This document shows, in pieces, positions 52,801-63,200 of a stretch of 64,000 bases of DNA. Location: assembly GCA_027622665.1 (NCBI GenBank), contig JAQBYT010000001.1, positions 352,001 through 416,000 on the forward strand, in the 5' to 3' direction. Made by a program: the position numbers and the translations under genes. A model generated the notes under the pieces. The model did no database searches. It was given only the letters and a program-made list of their open reading frames with translations, and was not told where the DNA came from. Position 1 is the first letter of the stretch; each line of letters begins with the position of its first letter. This stretch comes from Verrucomicrobiota bacterium (lineage in GTDB: Bacteria; Verrucomicrobiota; Verrucomicrobiia; Opitutales; Seribacteraceae).

Positions 52801-55800
52801 GGAGGGAGAATGGTTCCGCAGCGTTCTTTCACATAGGTGACAGATCTCAAGAGACTGAAATTCTTGGTGAAAACGTATATACTTGGGCGTACCTGCCCGA
52901 CGCTTGGATTTCCTATACCGACAGCAACGGTTATTATTCGTTTCCGAACCTCGAGCCGGGATTGTACAATGCGGCCGTGCTTGCGGAGGATTCCAACTTG
53001 GAAGAAATTACTTTTCGCGAGGATGGTAATTCGACCGTTACCCATGTGGTGTACGTGCCGGGCATTCCATCGCTTAGGCTGGAAACCGACGAAAATGGCG
53101 TAGGCTCGAGCAGTCTCATTTGGCCGGAAGACGTATTGCGTCTGGGAGAGTCGGCTTCCACCAAGAAAATCCTCAAGGGGATCGGAGCCGGGTTTCGCCC
53201 CGGGACTCTCCCTGTGTTTTCGATCACTGCGGATTCCAAAAACACCGGCAGAGGGATACCCAATCTTTCGGTAACCGTAAATCCTGACGGTTCCCTCGAC
53301 ATAGAGACCGTGGACGAGAATTCATCCAATCATAATTCGGCTGACAGTTTCACGGTGTTTTACGGCTCCACAATTTCAGGGCTGAACTTCAAGGAAGATT
53401 ACTTTTTCGATCGGCTTGACGATGCCTATTGGATGGGAAGAAAGGCTGCAGTGGATGCCAATGCGTCCCGACTCATCATCTCTCCGTCGGCAGGTGTGAA
53501 TTCGGTGGAAATGCCAATTTCATCTTCTGAGGCGGGCGACTTGAATATGACCTTTTCGGCAAAGGGCTACGACTGGAACGGTACGCTTCTGGATACCGAT
53601 GACATACAGTGGAAACTGGAGTTCGACTTCAATTCGACCGAGGGGAACCTAACGAAGTTGGCATCTCTCAGCACTGTTGACGGCAATTCCACAACTTTGA
53701 CTTTGCGCTCGACTCTGCGATCGGGCAAAATCGCCTTGGTTCGGGTGGATGCCGGAGGCACAGGTTATTCGGACGACAATTCCACCCTTGTTGAAATCTT
53801 TGGCGATGGGTCGGGCGCCTTCGCTCGCATTTCCGAAGTCAACTCCACCGATGGTGCAGTCAAGGCAATCGAAGTGGTTGAGGGCGGAAGGGGTTATTCG
53901 GTGATTTCCGGCATTCGTTTGACCCGCCCGGAAGGCCAGATCGGAACCGATGCCAATTTGACCGCCTTAGTTGGCGGAGGGCTTTGGCTGAAAGCGACCT
54001 TGGGATCCCTTGAGCAAAAGGTGCGACTGGAGGCATCCCATAGGGCTCAACTGTCGGAAAAGGAGCAGTGGTCGGATCTCCACTTCGATACGGTTCGGGA
54101 GGATTTTATCGATTGGAATGACGATAACGACAGCGACGGACTCAACAACTCCTTGGAGTTTAGCTATCGAACCAACCCTTGGAACGCCGATTCCGATGGC
54201 GATGGTCTTAGCGACGGAAACGAAACGACCTTGATGACCGACCCCAATAATGCCGATACCGATTCCGATGGCTTGCTCGATGGCGTCGAAACCAATACGA
54301 ATACATATGTTGATGTAAACAATACCGGAACTAACCCGAAAAATCCTGATACCGATGGGGATGGCTGGCCCGATGGGCTTGAAGTGAGTTTTGGTCTGGA
54401 TCCTCACAAGACGGAAAAGGGCGGAGCGGGCATCTCCGGAATGATTTACTTTAAAGGAGAGATGAACGGCACCCTCTATGTTTTTGCCATTCCCGAGGGC
54501 GAGCCTCCTTTCGCTGAGGAGACGGCCGTCAGTGAGTTTTTGGGAGGCGACAAACCTCTCACTCCCTCTTCCGCAACCTTTTATTTTTTCAAGAACCTGC
54601 CGGCTGGAAAAAAATACGAAATACATGCTTTTATTGATCGGGGCGAAAGTGGTGACCCAAGTAACAAGGTTTACGATTACGGTGAGCCGGTCGGCAGCTA
54701 TTCCGGCTCGTGGGACGGGAATCTTTCCGAGGACCGCTCACAGGTGAATTTTGTCGTTAAAGATCCGCCGCCTCACCTCACGTTGTTACCAATGGTTGGG
54801 TCTGTTATGGGGGGAGTCGATGGCAAAGAAGAAATCGCAGTTTATCTTAATCCCGGGGTTAAAGTTTTTCATCTGAAGCCTGTGGCCAATGATGATTATG
54901 ATGGGATAATTGATCCTAAAACCGTTAGTCCCAGCAGCACCTATCCCTTGGATGGAAACGCTACAGGGATAATTACCATCACTGAGTTGGACGCAACCGA
55001 AGGGAGCGGAACCCTAGAGGTTTCATCTACCGCTCTGCCGGGAGTGTACCACTTGATCTATGCGGCTGCCGATTCTGCGGGTAGCGCTAGTGCCATTACT
55101 CGGATAATCGTAATTCGCGACAGCATTCCGCCGGAGATTTCATTGTTTCCCGATGAATCAGTAGTAGTGGCCTATGAATATGAAGCGGGCACGAAATGGA
55201 AAGATCCGGGCTATTCGGCAATTGACGTCGTTGACGGCAACTTGACTCACAAAGTGGGCGTCGCGCTACCTTCGGGTTGGGATTCTGGTGACGTGGGAAT
55301 CGTTTTGGGGTTTTACAATTTAAATTATACTGTTCAAGACATCGCAGGAAACCAAGCGCTGGCCACTAGAATAGTGGAAATTGTAGATACCAGTGCTCCA
55401 GATCTGTTACTCTTTGGCAGTCCGTCCATGAACCTGAACAAAGGTGAAACCTTCCTTGAGCCCGGTTATTCGGCTCTCGATACTGTGGACGGCGATCTTA
55501 GCAACAGGGTGACGGTTTCAGGATCTGAAACTTTAGAAGAAAACGTTACCGGAACTTACGAACTTAACTATTCGGTAATCGATGATTCCGGCAACGAGAT
55601 TAATAGCACACGAACCATCTACGTAGCAGACTGGAACTACACCATTGCGGGCAAGGCGATGGATGGATATCTCGTTGGGGCAAGCGTTGTTTTCGATATT
55701 GACGGAAATGGTACTCACGATCTGTCGAGCCCAGTTCTTACCGATGAAAGCGGCGCTTTTTCCTTTGCCTTTACGACGGAAGAATTTCTGATGACCGATA

Positions 55801-57200
55801 CCAATACAAACGGAGCCATAGATCCCGGAGAGGGTAGGATACTCGTTTTCGGGGGGACCGATTCCTCTACGCTTGAGCCTTTTACTGGACTTTACGTAGC
55901 GGATGCCAACTCAACGGTCGTAAATCCCCTGACCACTCTTTCCTCGGCTTTTGTCGAGCAAGGGCTTTCTCGGGAAGACGCCAAGTTAAAGGTGGCGGAC
56001 GCACTGGGGTTGTCAGCTACCTTGGACTTGTACAATTATGATCCGATTGCTGCAGCCGCGGAGGGAGATGCCAATGCCAGTCAAGCTCTTGCCGCAAGCG
56101 CTCGGATCGCCAACGCAATTCGGCAGGGGACGGCCTTCGTGAAATACGCCTCGGACGGGAATGCTTCGGGAAAAACGATCTCCACTCAATTGATTACGGA
56201 AGTTGCCGCCAAAATTGCCGACGGGACGGTTTCTCTCTTTGGCGATGCGAGCGAAATGCAGAAAGTTCTTACAAGCGTGGTAACGACTTTGGGCATTGCC
56301 GGAGTCACCGACGAAGATTTGGCCGGAGCGGCCCAAATGTCGGTGGTTGCTGATGGAATGATCGTCGAGTCTCTCATCGCCAAAGGGACTAACCCCGATA
56401 AACTTGCGGTCGAATTGGCAAAGATTCAAGCGGTCGTCGAGGATAGCATAGTACAGGGGTACGACAAGTTGCGGCTCGAAGGCGGAACACCCGCCACCCT
56501 GGCCATCGCCAAAAGCAAGGAATTGCTTTCCGGGCAAACGTCCGACTACAAAGGGAGCGTTAACATCTTCCCGCCCACGGCGTCCAACGCGGTGGCGGCC
56601 CTGCCTTTCGACCAGTGGATTCAGGGAGCAATCATTCTTAATCTTCATGCTAACGATGCGGATGGAGATACCGTAGGCTTTTCGATTAGTTCGGGCAATC
56701 CCGATGCCGACAAGGATGGGGTCGCCGCTTTTTCCTTGAGCGAGCAAGGACAACTCTTGGTGGCGGATGCGGACGAAGCTGGCTACCTGTCTGTCGGTGA
56801 AGCCATGGTCGTCGCGTTGCGTTTGACCGACGGAAAAGGCCTTTATGGGACAGCAACCGTTACCGTGAAACGCGGCAATGCTCTTGCATTGAACACCGCA
56901 GAAGTGGAGCAGGCCCAAAACTGGCATCAATCCAGTTGGTTGGGAGACTTTTTTACCAATGGCTCGTCTTGGGTGTTTCACGAGAGCCTAGGCTGGCTCT
57001 ATGTGGTTTCGGACAGAACAGGAGGGTTTTGGTTTTGGGATGTCGGGCTAGAGGCATGGTGGTGGACGAATTCAACCTTCTTTCCCCACTTTTATCTTGT
57101 TCGGCAAACAGGCTCAGGTTGGGGATATTGGGATCTAAAAGCGGTTCCGCCGATATACTTCGATTTTAACGAGAATAGTTGGAAGGAGAAAACTAAATGA
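43827..57200 (+). CDS. Giant (4457 aa) surface metalloprotease/adhesin
   Basis: N-terminal TM/signal. C-type lectin (44724-45180: WETAK...AWIGGTD...W-x-WLDG...NW). Metzincin HELGHNFGFQH (45990-46022) with Met-turn YGNPYSVMG. PKD; two LamG (~48100-49570); CBM5/12-like stretches; DSDGDG Ca-binding repeats (~54100-54400); DUF5011-like Ig; cadherin-like; Trp-rich C-terminus. Confidence 0.9.
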   Translation: MSSLLKKTAKVKLLFRGAVWMISLAGIIGTVVFLLSRLPENTISTKKQDDPVLAPNGTPRALGKVTLPNVPSSESLEWCSPSRIIATKADPVFKLFGQWVAARKEGRAEVEKGVVLAKERREVLVHLIRTDPEAALSLAVPEIDRHDLPKAILPFLGRWVNTYADVEAVHFCLDPNHLGGFIRHTVILPDGRRLKASLYGKREKLPTMKGLAIRGIAVGDKLAVDENPVRRLGETELRDRQLEGLAAVEIADAIYEFPRREGVLAFERRVREAERRAGRHRVRYPVIASSLGSSTIIDLKYKVVTVSSDWETAKEDAENSGGRLVCIGSAQENEDVRKLLADANVMGLFPEYNGTVPYAWIGGTDDENTSGSSFNKVTDSTEYFDLNATEGNWTWLDGTTFAAYSNWADGENDNATNPVLAEAEDFAVMDWNAGGLWRDLKRDFHLPYVIEMDLGDQPDASDVPISDNRKVLVIRARFQDEGVEYAGSSKPVVDQDGNIINPDKQQDVFEPVTGLQVRQEMEKVREFYQRNSDGKLNLDYVITGTVTIPYKRWEQHEMFGDIATVTTPDFMDAAIVIGAPMARAAQVSPEDWDFSGPAFNGVIGIEVNASGGGYLYPPLVRIEGGGGAGAKAETFLDNNGSIASVLVTDTGRDYTSVPAITVEGAHQDPNGDANATLSAKVGRTAVSWISITTGGNPGGVGMVGAPGSHVNAATWDAGVAVHELGHNFGFQHANRYESVGEKAISDEGGTIDYGNPYSVMGTGGIGADLTVAAKSVAQFGYTTSSATGADVTVLATGADIVASRWRELNATRQNVFRVYRHDHGSAPYPLRLGSYHVIIPTDVDLPTDFNGSITVAIGGPGTEATASASVTGSDRSYILEIENPGIGFSEEPRIELINEQNATLLLDPAWIQVLAGQKSIKAELRDRSPSSAKGLRAIRLSASSKAPYSSYLVSYRQAATKNGLNLLNADGSDNILLDLTRNTPDDFNDGSLMIGQTYSDYDSDIHVTPVSRGGNSPMEYLEVAVNVGTVAAENASAPLFSLQTSNLRPEVNQGVEFTVMLTGDANLSRYAFSWYYDERPLIGNAYLNQPTIIKTFDSVGNHNLRAVVSDMKGGVSSQTVVLAVGEPEQAGISRIEGVVESTTGPVQGARVVLQKAPVIQHVVTVSGDLISSRIPGGQAYATKFLIDGQRAPRLEFRRGEIHRFEYEPSAEGYPITFYSAPDSEPAKVELKLIYSPRVEEPGSGYRQNPAVVLDGGIFDSYESNLIRSYVEYLEENGSSTTLARIVYKPYAKSLLMDTGVEAIHTRKVADTQGGDGHHPASPPSVTISRQSLWEDYSDLNATAKAYVDGVGTIFVLEAGAGYPDSPSIAVVGRGVEASASTQTMGVTNEKGQTQQDMIKKVSVVDQGQGYDLNTTLATALYPPNPFAYWSFDREESLFRQNYYPRKDKLMLEPSPGWLRPITRSLKAHWSMDEENSTMELNATIADHHIGATPVLGQKTDYNATMELNATIADRSEWGIRGRAIRLQGNSTVEEYLAPDSPNKFLGDSFTVSLWVKPDGSGSFHGLASQAGTGDAFSLYWNTVDFIGILYQAEENGGLVSDVVLEGGDLNAGEWTHVAYAFDEDSATASMYVMGELVASKTFTLAGNFNKISGRASDFILGKAFTETSSTEYLNGFLDEVSVFDRALEPREIRQLSGDLFLDLSGQNRHGVAMDMPMNDPDELNAGVVAGNQNDGLDLSGARYVDLSQTAQDFAALSTGSVSFWFKTTSLEDGTPADGTILAASDKDAPDSFFRLMVRDTGQLQFHVSNDGVEVTRFYTENIFNDFKWHHGVLVVNEADSLFYVDGIAVGLRIAGQGQSAPRGFFADIENIDYMGIGRHQTSEANQTNYFSGELDEVWIFDRVLEAPEISFLHDLRPEVKDVFRASLEARVDSVGTVKVTAPGAGYKETPAVTFSPGDTVGYTWIGSAEDGNVSRWLPLNLAPGSSQPDEWDASATYVKGDLVRYRNNALANWYTYSAFRENNDKKPLEANLMENNSRHIYPDAVWQRHERSEGSMTYGVLYLQPTGLESILLTKDMGPAAVSNNFNHFLLPDGNPVERRYVEYVGENGTAYELSGGHVWAHSFASSQYYSLPKPGPASGVFGFRAPPSIVIEGSETDDNATGSHLFYIDPVESVLITDPGNGYLDPEGIAVGDVRFRGKGSTPPRFEAIMREQAIHGFILRRPGTGPYDFDVEGNSTLDGIFDTLTERGLGGLSDGERSLSMLKPAALAGTPEITTKDNGDIVYYPASEGFWGTRDVFYDAKDGQLKLRNPERLLSFIGDGTGEKPPVVEVFLSDKLDVERGVAPRKYEVKAMRIMPAEDLGSAKPDYGSGWVKPPTIYFDLNATADRQVNASSLTFTNMLSHVQILDSGLGYSVPVEVNFHGGYDIPWNYKDLNHSRARILPDEVDENGTLSADAIELLDPGTGYSRPPFVSITGGGGVGARARAFLNDSGEVAAILVTNGGRGYFNLDANNTPKAVLVYPAGQATKDANVTMRLGGSLDEIPVQGLESTRLHHIAPWVLITDNAGTGKGATAFAKVVNGRIEKVIVENAGNSYLDPRIEILTASPNNADALFLSNPNYRDEIDGWIPFNARCSAIFSNGQIVEIIVDNPGSGYASPEIVVAGTGSGVEAIPVFGDTGKIVRIVYDDPALKNEELSPVSSPSGAGQGFSERPWALGEVVRVTVVDEYSYSRANHFHEAAFPLKTADLFIGLPATRDSAGDQVSEFTIHDHGIGYGADAPSIRIDFNSSHAKSFRDACATAFLTRGLSEMVLEGNGTYEDSNGKWRSVFEEIPVVEIHRANLEEEDAYKLTSVGRNGDIDYDPLAHRRFIDVVVDDAFPSYSSYSLSDWDREGLGGEIHTLDSAPSLDWRVVTKWEPGKYRKGDVVWWETDAYEALATFVSGSLKTESAGEDGDQFWRKLNGQSGAMSALGVVTAFNHEFGSSSISVSRVRRENGSAAFFHIGDRSQETEILGENVYTWAYLPDAWISYTDSNGYYSFPNLEPGLYNAAVLAEDSNLEEITFREDGNSTVTHVVYVPGIPSLRLETDENGVGSSSLIWPEDVLRLGESASTKKILKGIGAGFRPGTLPVFSITADSKNTGRGIPNLSVTVNPDGSLDIETVDENSSNHNSADSFTVFYGSTISGLNFKEDYFFDRLDDAYWMGRKAAVDANASRLIISPSAGVNSVEMPISSSEAGDLNMTFSAKGYDWNGTLLDTDDIQWKLEFDFNSTEGNLTKLASLSTVDGNSTTLTLRSTLRSGKIALVRVDAGGTGYSDDNSTLVEIFGDGSGAFARISEVNSTDGAVKAIEVVEGGRGYSVISGIRLTRPEGQIGTDANLTALVGGGLWLKATLGSLEQKVRLEASHRAQLSEKEQWSDLHFDTVREDFIDWNDDNDSDGLNNSLEFSYRTNPWNADSDGDGLSDGNETTLMTDPNNADTDSDGLLDGVETNTNTYVDVNNTGTNPKNPDTDGDGWPDGLEVSFGLDPHKTEKGGAGISGMIYFKGEMNGTLYVFAIPEGEPPFAEETAVSEFLGGDKPLTPSSATFYFFKNLPAGKKYEIHAFIDRGESGDPSNKVYDYGEPVGSYSGSWDGNLSEDRSQVNFVVKDPPPHLTLLPMVGSVMGGVDGKEEIAVYLNPGVKVFHLKPVANDDYDGIIDPKTVSPSSTYPLDGNATGIITITELDATEGSGTLEVSSTALPGVYHLIYAAADSAGSASAITRIIVIRDSIPPEISLFPDESVVVAYEYEAGTKWKDPGYSAIDVVDGNLTHKVGVALPSGWDSGDVGIVLGFYNLNYTVQDIAGNQALATRIVEIVDTSAPDLLLFGSPSMNLNKGETFLEPGYSALDTVDGDLSNRVTVSGSETLEENVTGTYELNYSVIDDSGNEINSTRTIYVADWNYTIAGKAMDGYLVGASVVFDIDGNGTHDLSSPVLTDESGAFSFAFTTEEFLMTDTNTNGAIDPGEGRILVFGGTDSSTLEPFTGLYVADANSTVVNPLTTLSSAFVEQGLSREDAKLKVADALGLSATLDLYNYDPIAAAAEGDANASQALAASARIANAIRQGTAFVKYASDGNASGKTISTQLITEVAAKIADGTVSLFGDASEMQKVLTSVVTTLGIAGVTDEDLAGAAQMSVVADGMIVESLIAKGTNPDKLAVELAKIQAVVEDSIVQGYDKLRLEGGTPATLAIAKSKELLSGQTSDYKGSVNIFPPTASNAVAALPFDQWIQGAIILNLHANDADGDTVGFSISSGNPDADKDGVAAFSLSEQGQLLVADADEAGYLSVGEAMVVALRLTDGKGLYGTATVTVKRGNALALNTAEVEQAQNWHQSSWLGDFFTNGSSWVFHESLGWLYVVSDRTGGFWFWDVGLEAWWWTNSTFFPHFYLVRQTGSGWGYWDLKAVPPIYFDFNENSWKEKTK
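48253..48366 (+). repeat. Perfect 33-nt direct repeat, 81-nt period, in frame
   Basis: CCACCATGGAACTGAACGCTACCATCGCCGATC at 48253-48285 and 48334-48366, encoding TMELNATIAD twice. Confidence 0.95.
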
Positions 57201-60200
57201 AAAGAATGAATGGCAAATGCCAAATTGCCTTTATGGCTCGACTAACCTTACTTTGCCTAGCTTTTTTCGTGAGCCACCGGACTCTTAGGGGTCAGGTGTT
57301 GGTTCCGGATCTCAGAATCGACTCGGATGATTTCATCGAGGTTTTCGTAGGAGGTACTTTTGACGTAACTTTTCGCATTTTTAATGACGGAACGGAAGAG
57401 ATCTTCGCCGGGGAAAGCATTACTTGGGCTGTCGAGGTCAATGGCCCGGACGGGCAAGCCGTACCTTCATTAAGTAGAACCGGGCAAATCCTAACCGGAC
57501 TGCCCATGAATCAAAGTACGCCCGATGAAACAGTAAGCCTTCGCATGCCATGGGCGCAAGCCGCCCAGTGGAGCAACAACGCCAGATGGACCATCGCAAC
57601 ATCCGTGGTTACTCCAAGAGATGTAAATGGGACCAATAATCGCGATACCTCCACTTTTTCCTTGGTTATACCGGATGTCACTTTGAATAATTTAGTGGGG
57701 CCCGTAGCCGCTCGACCCGGGCGAAACGTCAGCGTTTCAGGTACTGTAGCCAATGTCGGGCGAGTCCAAACGCAACCGAATGTCTACTTCCGGGTAGAGG
57801 CAAGGTTGCTGCAGAATGGAACGGAGGTGGACAAGCAATCGATAGTCTTACCTAATCAAAGCGCACTCTCTCCTTTTCCTTTTGATAGCGGGGATACGAT
57901 CGACTTCACGATCAATGAATTATTCATTCCCATAGACGGCAACGGCACCTACGACGTGATTGTGAACCTGGATGCCGGATCACCTGATATTTTAATCGAG
58001 CATACGGAAAACAACAATCAAGCAACTGTTCAGTTTGACGTAAGTTCAAGTGCAAGCATACAGGTCGTCGACGGTAGTTTCTTTAGTGATACCGGCACCT
58101 TTCAGGGGATGGCCCCGGCTCACTTTCGTTTTGCCGTTCGCAATGTTGGAACGGGCCCCGTTGGGGTCGGGGATGCCTTTCAGGCAACCATTGCTCTCTC
58201 TCGAGACCAAAGTGGGATTGATGCCGACGATTTCATTTTACGTGAATTCGATCTTGGAGGAAGTGGGCTGGGTTTAGGCCTTAGGCCCAATGAGACCGTA
58301 ACGCTTGACTGGATTCAGAGGTTGCCCGACAGTTTCGAAGGGGATTTTTACATTGTGGCGAATTTGGATGGTCAAACATTTGTCTCGCAACCTACTCCAT
58401 CCATCACCTTGCGATCAAATAATTCCGGGGATACCATATCGGTGAGTGAGGGAAAAAACAGCTGGAGCTCTCGTCCTTCTTATGATCAAACGGGCCGATA
58501 CGTTGCCTTCGAATCTTCCGTTGGCGGAATTGTTAACATATTCCTGCTGGATACAATCTCCAACCAGGAAACTCAGGTAACGAGGAGCTTTAATAATGCT
58601 GCAGCCGATGGATCTAGTTTTGCTCCCAGCTTAAGTGCAGATGGAAAATTCCTAGCCTTTCATTCCAGCGCTTCGAACCTAGTTCCCGGTGATACTAACG
58701 ATCATACGGACGTTTTTCTTTTTGATCGAGAAGCCAATGGAATTTTTCGTCTGTCGACAAGTGTTGATGTCGGCAGTCCTGATGGAGGTAGTTATTACCC
58801 TTCGGTCAACGGTGACGGCTCGGTAGTGGCTTTCGAATCACTTGCGTCAGACCTTAGTGCTACGCCGCAATCTTTTTCGGGAAGCAATATCTTTGTTTGG
58901 GACTCAAACGGAACCACCTTAAACAAACTATCACCAATTACCGCGGCGGGAGACTTCGCAAGCTTAGACGCCGATATCAGCGAGGACGGGAATCGCGTCG
59001 TGTTCACCTCTTATGCCACCAATTTCAACCTATCGAACTTAAGTTCATCGGACAACAACGAGTATTCAGATATTTTTCTTTGGGAGCGAAATACCTCGAA
59101 AATGTATTTGGCGAGCGTGACTTCAGGCCAAGCAAGGACAACCGGTGGCGCGTCTTCGGAGTCCGTAATCAGTGGCGACGGGAAGGTCATCGCCTATCGT
59201 TCTTCCGCAAAAAACCTTGTTACCGAGAAGGGTATTTCAACGATCGAGATTAAGGATGCAGGAGTGGGCTATACGCGGACTCCTTCCATTGCCATAACCG
59301 ATGCGAGCGGTTTAGGTTCAGGGGCAACTGCGGAAGCCCATATCAACACTTATGGAGAGATCATCAGGGTCTCGGTGTTATTGCCGGGCAAATTATATAA
59401 AGAGCCCAGAGTAACAGTGGTGCCCGACCCTGCTGATGTCGGGCCTAGCCGCCTTGCCATTCTTGAGGCTCGTCTTACACACCCCGAAGGCGATGTTTAT
59501 AGAGTGCCCGCGCAATCCTTGATTGACGGTCAGCCCGAAATCAGTCGAGCGAGTGAAAGTGTACTTTCGGTTGGAGGCGACAAGGGAAGTCGTGAGCCGA
59601 CCCTCAATTACGATGGTAGTTTGTTGGCCTATTCCACACAGGCGAGTAATCTCTTGGTTGACAAACTCGAGCGAGAAGATCGTAGGGTTTTTCCGAATGC
59701 AACCTTTAGGATGGCAAGAGCAAGAGCTGTAATCGGTGGCCCAATTGGCGAAATCGAGGTTCAGAATTCCGGCGAAGGGTATCAAGACGGACAGCTTCGA
59801 ATAGAGGATCTTTCCGGTAGCGGATCCGGGGCTCTTGCCCTATATCACGTTGATAATTACGGACGTATTGCCGACATATCCATCTTTAATTCGGGGAACA
59901 ACTACGACTATTCCCAAACCATGATATCCATAGACAACCCGAGGGCGGGAACGGGCTTTCAGTTGAAGGACATCCGCCATCAGGTCACCAGTGGCATTGG
60001 AAATAATCGATCCGGCGGCGGGACCATTCTTCGCCTGGAAATGGATGACAATGGTTTGGGTTACACCAAAGAACAGATTCTCATGCAGGGTGCGGGCATA
60101 ATTATCGACGGAGATGGCGCTGATTTGGACAATGATGGAAAGCCCGATGCAAAGGTAAATCCCGATCGTATCCATTTGGGTGACAATGGTGAGGTTTTCC

Positions 60201-63200
60201 TAGAGCAACAAATAAGGCTTGTGGTTCAGAGTACGGTGGGTCTGCATGGCGCCACCTTGACGGTTACTGACCACTTGAAGACGGAAAAATTAACTTTCGA
60301 TGCGTTTTCGGCCATTGTTGTAGGCAATGAGATCGGCATATCGGGGCAGTCGGTAGTTGGTATTCGCGATGCGATTGCGGATGCACTCGAAGGCCTTTGG
60401 CCAACCGATTCCAATGCCTCTCTATACGAGGGTCTTCAGATAGACGAGCCAACTCTTGGCGCAGACTTTTTGGTTGTTAAAGCCCTCGGAGGACGAGCGA
60501 TCTCGGGGAACCCTTCGTCTCTTACCGCGACAATGCTAAGCAATATGCTTGTTGGGGGAACGGGTTTCACTCGAGCCACGCCTATTATTGCTCCCGATCC
60601 CGTAGTCTTCGGTTTTTCTGAAATCAACACGAACATAAGTTCGGGCATCATGTCCAATGGACGACCGGCTCTCTTGGTCAACAAAGATCAATTTACCGAC
60701 GACATCTATCTTTATGACCACTCAAATAGCCTAAACGAAAGAATCACCACCAGTAAATTTGGTTTGCCGGTAAATTATAGAACGAATGCAACGACCACTA
60801 TGCCCTCCAATCGGTTTCCCTCGATAACGGGGAATGGCCGTTTCATTTCCTACAGCTCGGATGTTCAAGGAGCAGGTGGACTTTTGTTTGGCGCAACTAA
60901 CCAAACCCCCTCTGACAATAATGGTTTTCGGGATGTCTATGTGCATGACCGCAAGACAGAGGCGATGAAGACGCCCTCTAATGAGAAATCATCTTCCGGA
61001 TCCCTTTCCATGTTATACCCCAATCCGAGCATAGATCATTCATTTCCCTCCAACGCATTCGTACCGGTGATTGTCGAAACCGAGATCGATCGAGGCTTTG
61101 TTTCTCGGGTCGACCTAATAGTCAATGGATCCATGGTCAAGAGCATGGACGAGCATTTGAGCAACCTGCACTCGGGGCGCTTTTTTACGCGATGGGATGC
61201 CAATGTTTCCGGCATTCATAGCATAGCCGTGGCAGCATACGATAATAATGGTATTCTAATAGCAGAGACTCAACCTGTCGAAGTCTCCGTAGGGAACTTT
61301 TCAGGTTCCTTGCCGCCCAGCGTTAGCCTTAGCGCCATTCCTTACGATTCCATTACTTCGACATCAACGATTCCCCTGCAGGCAAGTGGAGCCGATTCGG
61401 ATGGCGATTTCAAGGGGATTCAGTTTTACGTAGAAGGCCAGCCCTATGGGAACGAAATCTTGCGTTTTCCTACACAAAACCCCGAAGCCTATATATATTC
61501 AACAACTTGGAAGCCCGCGACTCATGGAGTGTACAGTATTTTTGCGATTGGCCGGGACAATAGCGGAAATTACGTGGCAAGTGACATCTTGAATATTGCC
61601 TCAACAACCGGCTCCACTCCACCCTTGGTCAACTTCACGAAACCTTATGAGCCTATCGACTACAAGGGGAGCACTCTCTCCATTGCCAGCGGGTCCATTA
61701 CGGACATCACCCTTGGCCATGCTGCGGTCGGTGGCGGTTACTTTAATACTCCTCGAATAAGTCTCTTTGGCAGTGGTTCCGGCGCACGGGCAGAAGCAAT
61801 CTTGGACCTGAATCAAAGCTCTGATAATTACGGCCGAATTACCGGGATCACGGTTTTGGATGGCGGTTCCGGTTATGAAACCGCTTCCTCATCTTTTTCG
61901 GTCACTCCAGTAGTTAAAACAATTCGTGTTGGCAGGACGGCTAGAATCAATAATCGAACTATTATAACTAGAAACGACTTAGGGATCATCACTAACATAC
62001 AAACAGAGCTTACCCTTGGGGACGGCGGCGATGGTTATGTTGTGCCTCCAAATTTGTTTTTGTCTAATGGTGAGGTGCGCAGATTGCCTATTGTTCCGGT
62101 TGTAGTTGGGGCATCAACTGGCGGCGTTGATCCGGCCGAGGCTGGTTTGCCTCAGATCTTGCCGGGTATAGTTACTGGTTCAGTAGTCGGCGGATTTGCG
62201 TATTCTCCCCTTAATCTGGAAGTAAACGCATCGGACCCGGATGGCTTTGTTCGTCAAGTGGATTTCGTCGTAGACGGAGTGGTTGTAGCTTCGGACCGGG
62301 TAGCCCCCTTTAATCTCGAGTGGACTCCTGGGGATGCGAAGGAATACCAAATATCGGCCTTGGCTAAGGACGACAATGGAAACATCGGGTCTTCTGAAAC
62401 CGTGGTGGTTTCCATAGAGGAAGGAATTGGCTTCATGCCCATCCTTTCTTTTGACGACAATCGAACCAACTCTATTCCCTTGGGTTCCGAGCACATTCTT
62501 ACCGTCAGGGCATTGGATGATGAAAGTATAACGAATGTTGAATTTTTTAAAAATGGCAGATCGATAGGCTTTGCCGACAAGCAAGGGGCATCCGATTATT
62601 ATTCTCAAGTGGTCTCTTTTGCAAACGACGAAGAGGGCGACGCGGTTTTTTCCGCAGTCACCAGAGATACGGGTGGAAACCAAGTTGGAACTTTTTCCCG
62701 GGCAATAGCTTTCCGGTTGCATAAAACGTACAGGCTTTTACCCGCCAAAGGGGCAACGCCCCCAACCGCCCAGATTCTTGGACCTTTATCACCCGTCAAA
62801 TGGCTGACTGATGGCGAAAGGCGTTCAAAGCGACAAAGGCGAGCGGCAACGGTATTCCCCACGAACCCCACCTTTTCTCTTGGTGCAGCTATTCCAATAG
62901 TAGTTCAAGCCACAGCTGCAACTGGAGCATCCATCGCAGAGATTCAATTTTTTGGAAATGGCGTTCCCTTGCCAAGCGCGGGTGGCACTAGCTCGGTTAT
63001 CAACCAAGGAACAACGCTTCATAACGAAGGACGTTATGTTTTCGATTGGGTTCCAAACCGAACAGGCACCTACATCATAGAGATCATAGCAATAGACAAT
63101 TTTGGCAACCAACGGGTTTCCTCGTTGTTGAATCCCATTACGATTATCGACACCTTTGGCTCGCAGTCACCCGGTGTGACTCTCATGTCCCCGCAAGCCC

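Noticed and set aside
50631..56981. Minus-strand ORFs of 219-328 aa inside the giant gene
   Set aside because: Shadow frames of a GC-rich coding region with no recognisable domains.
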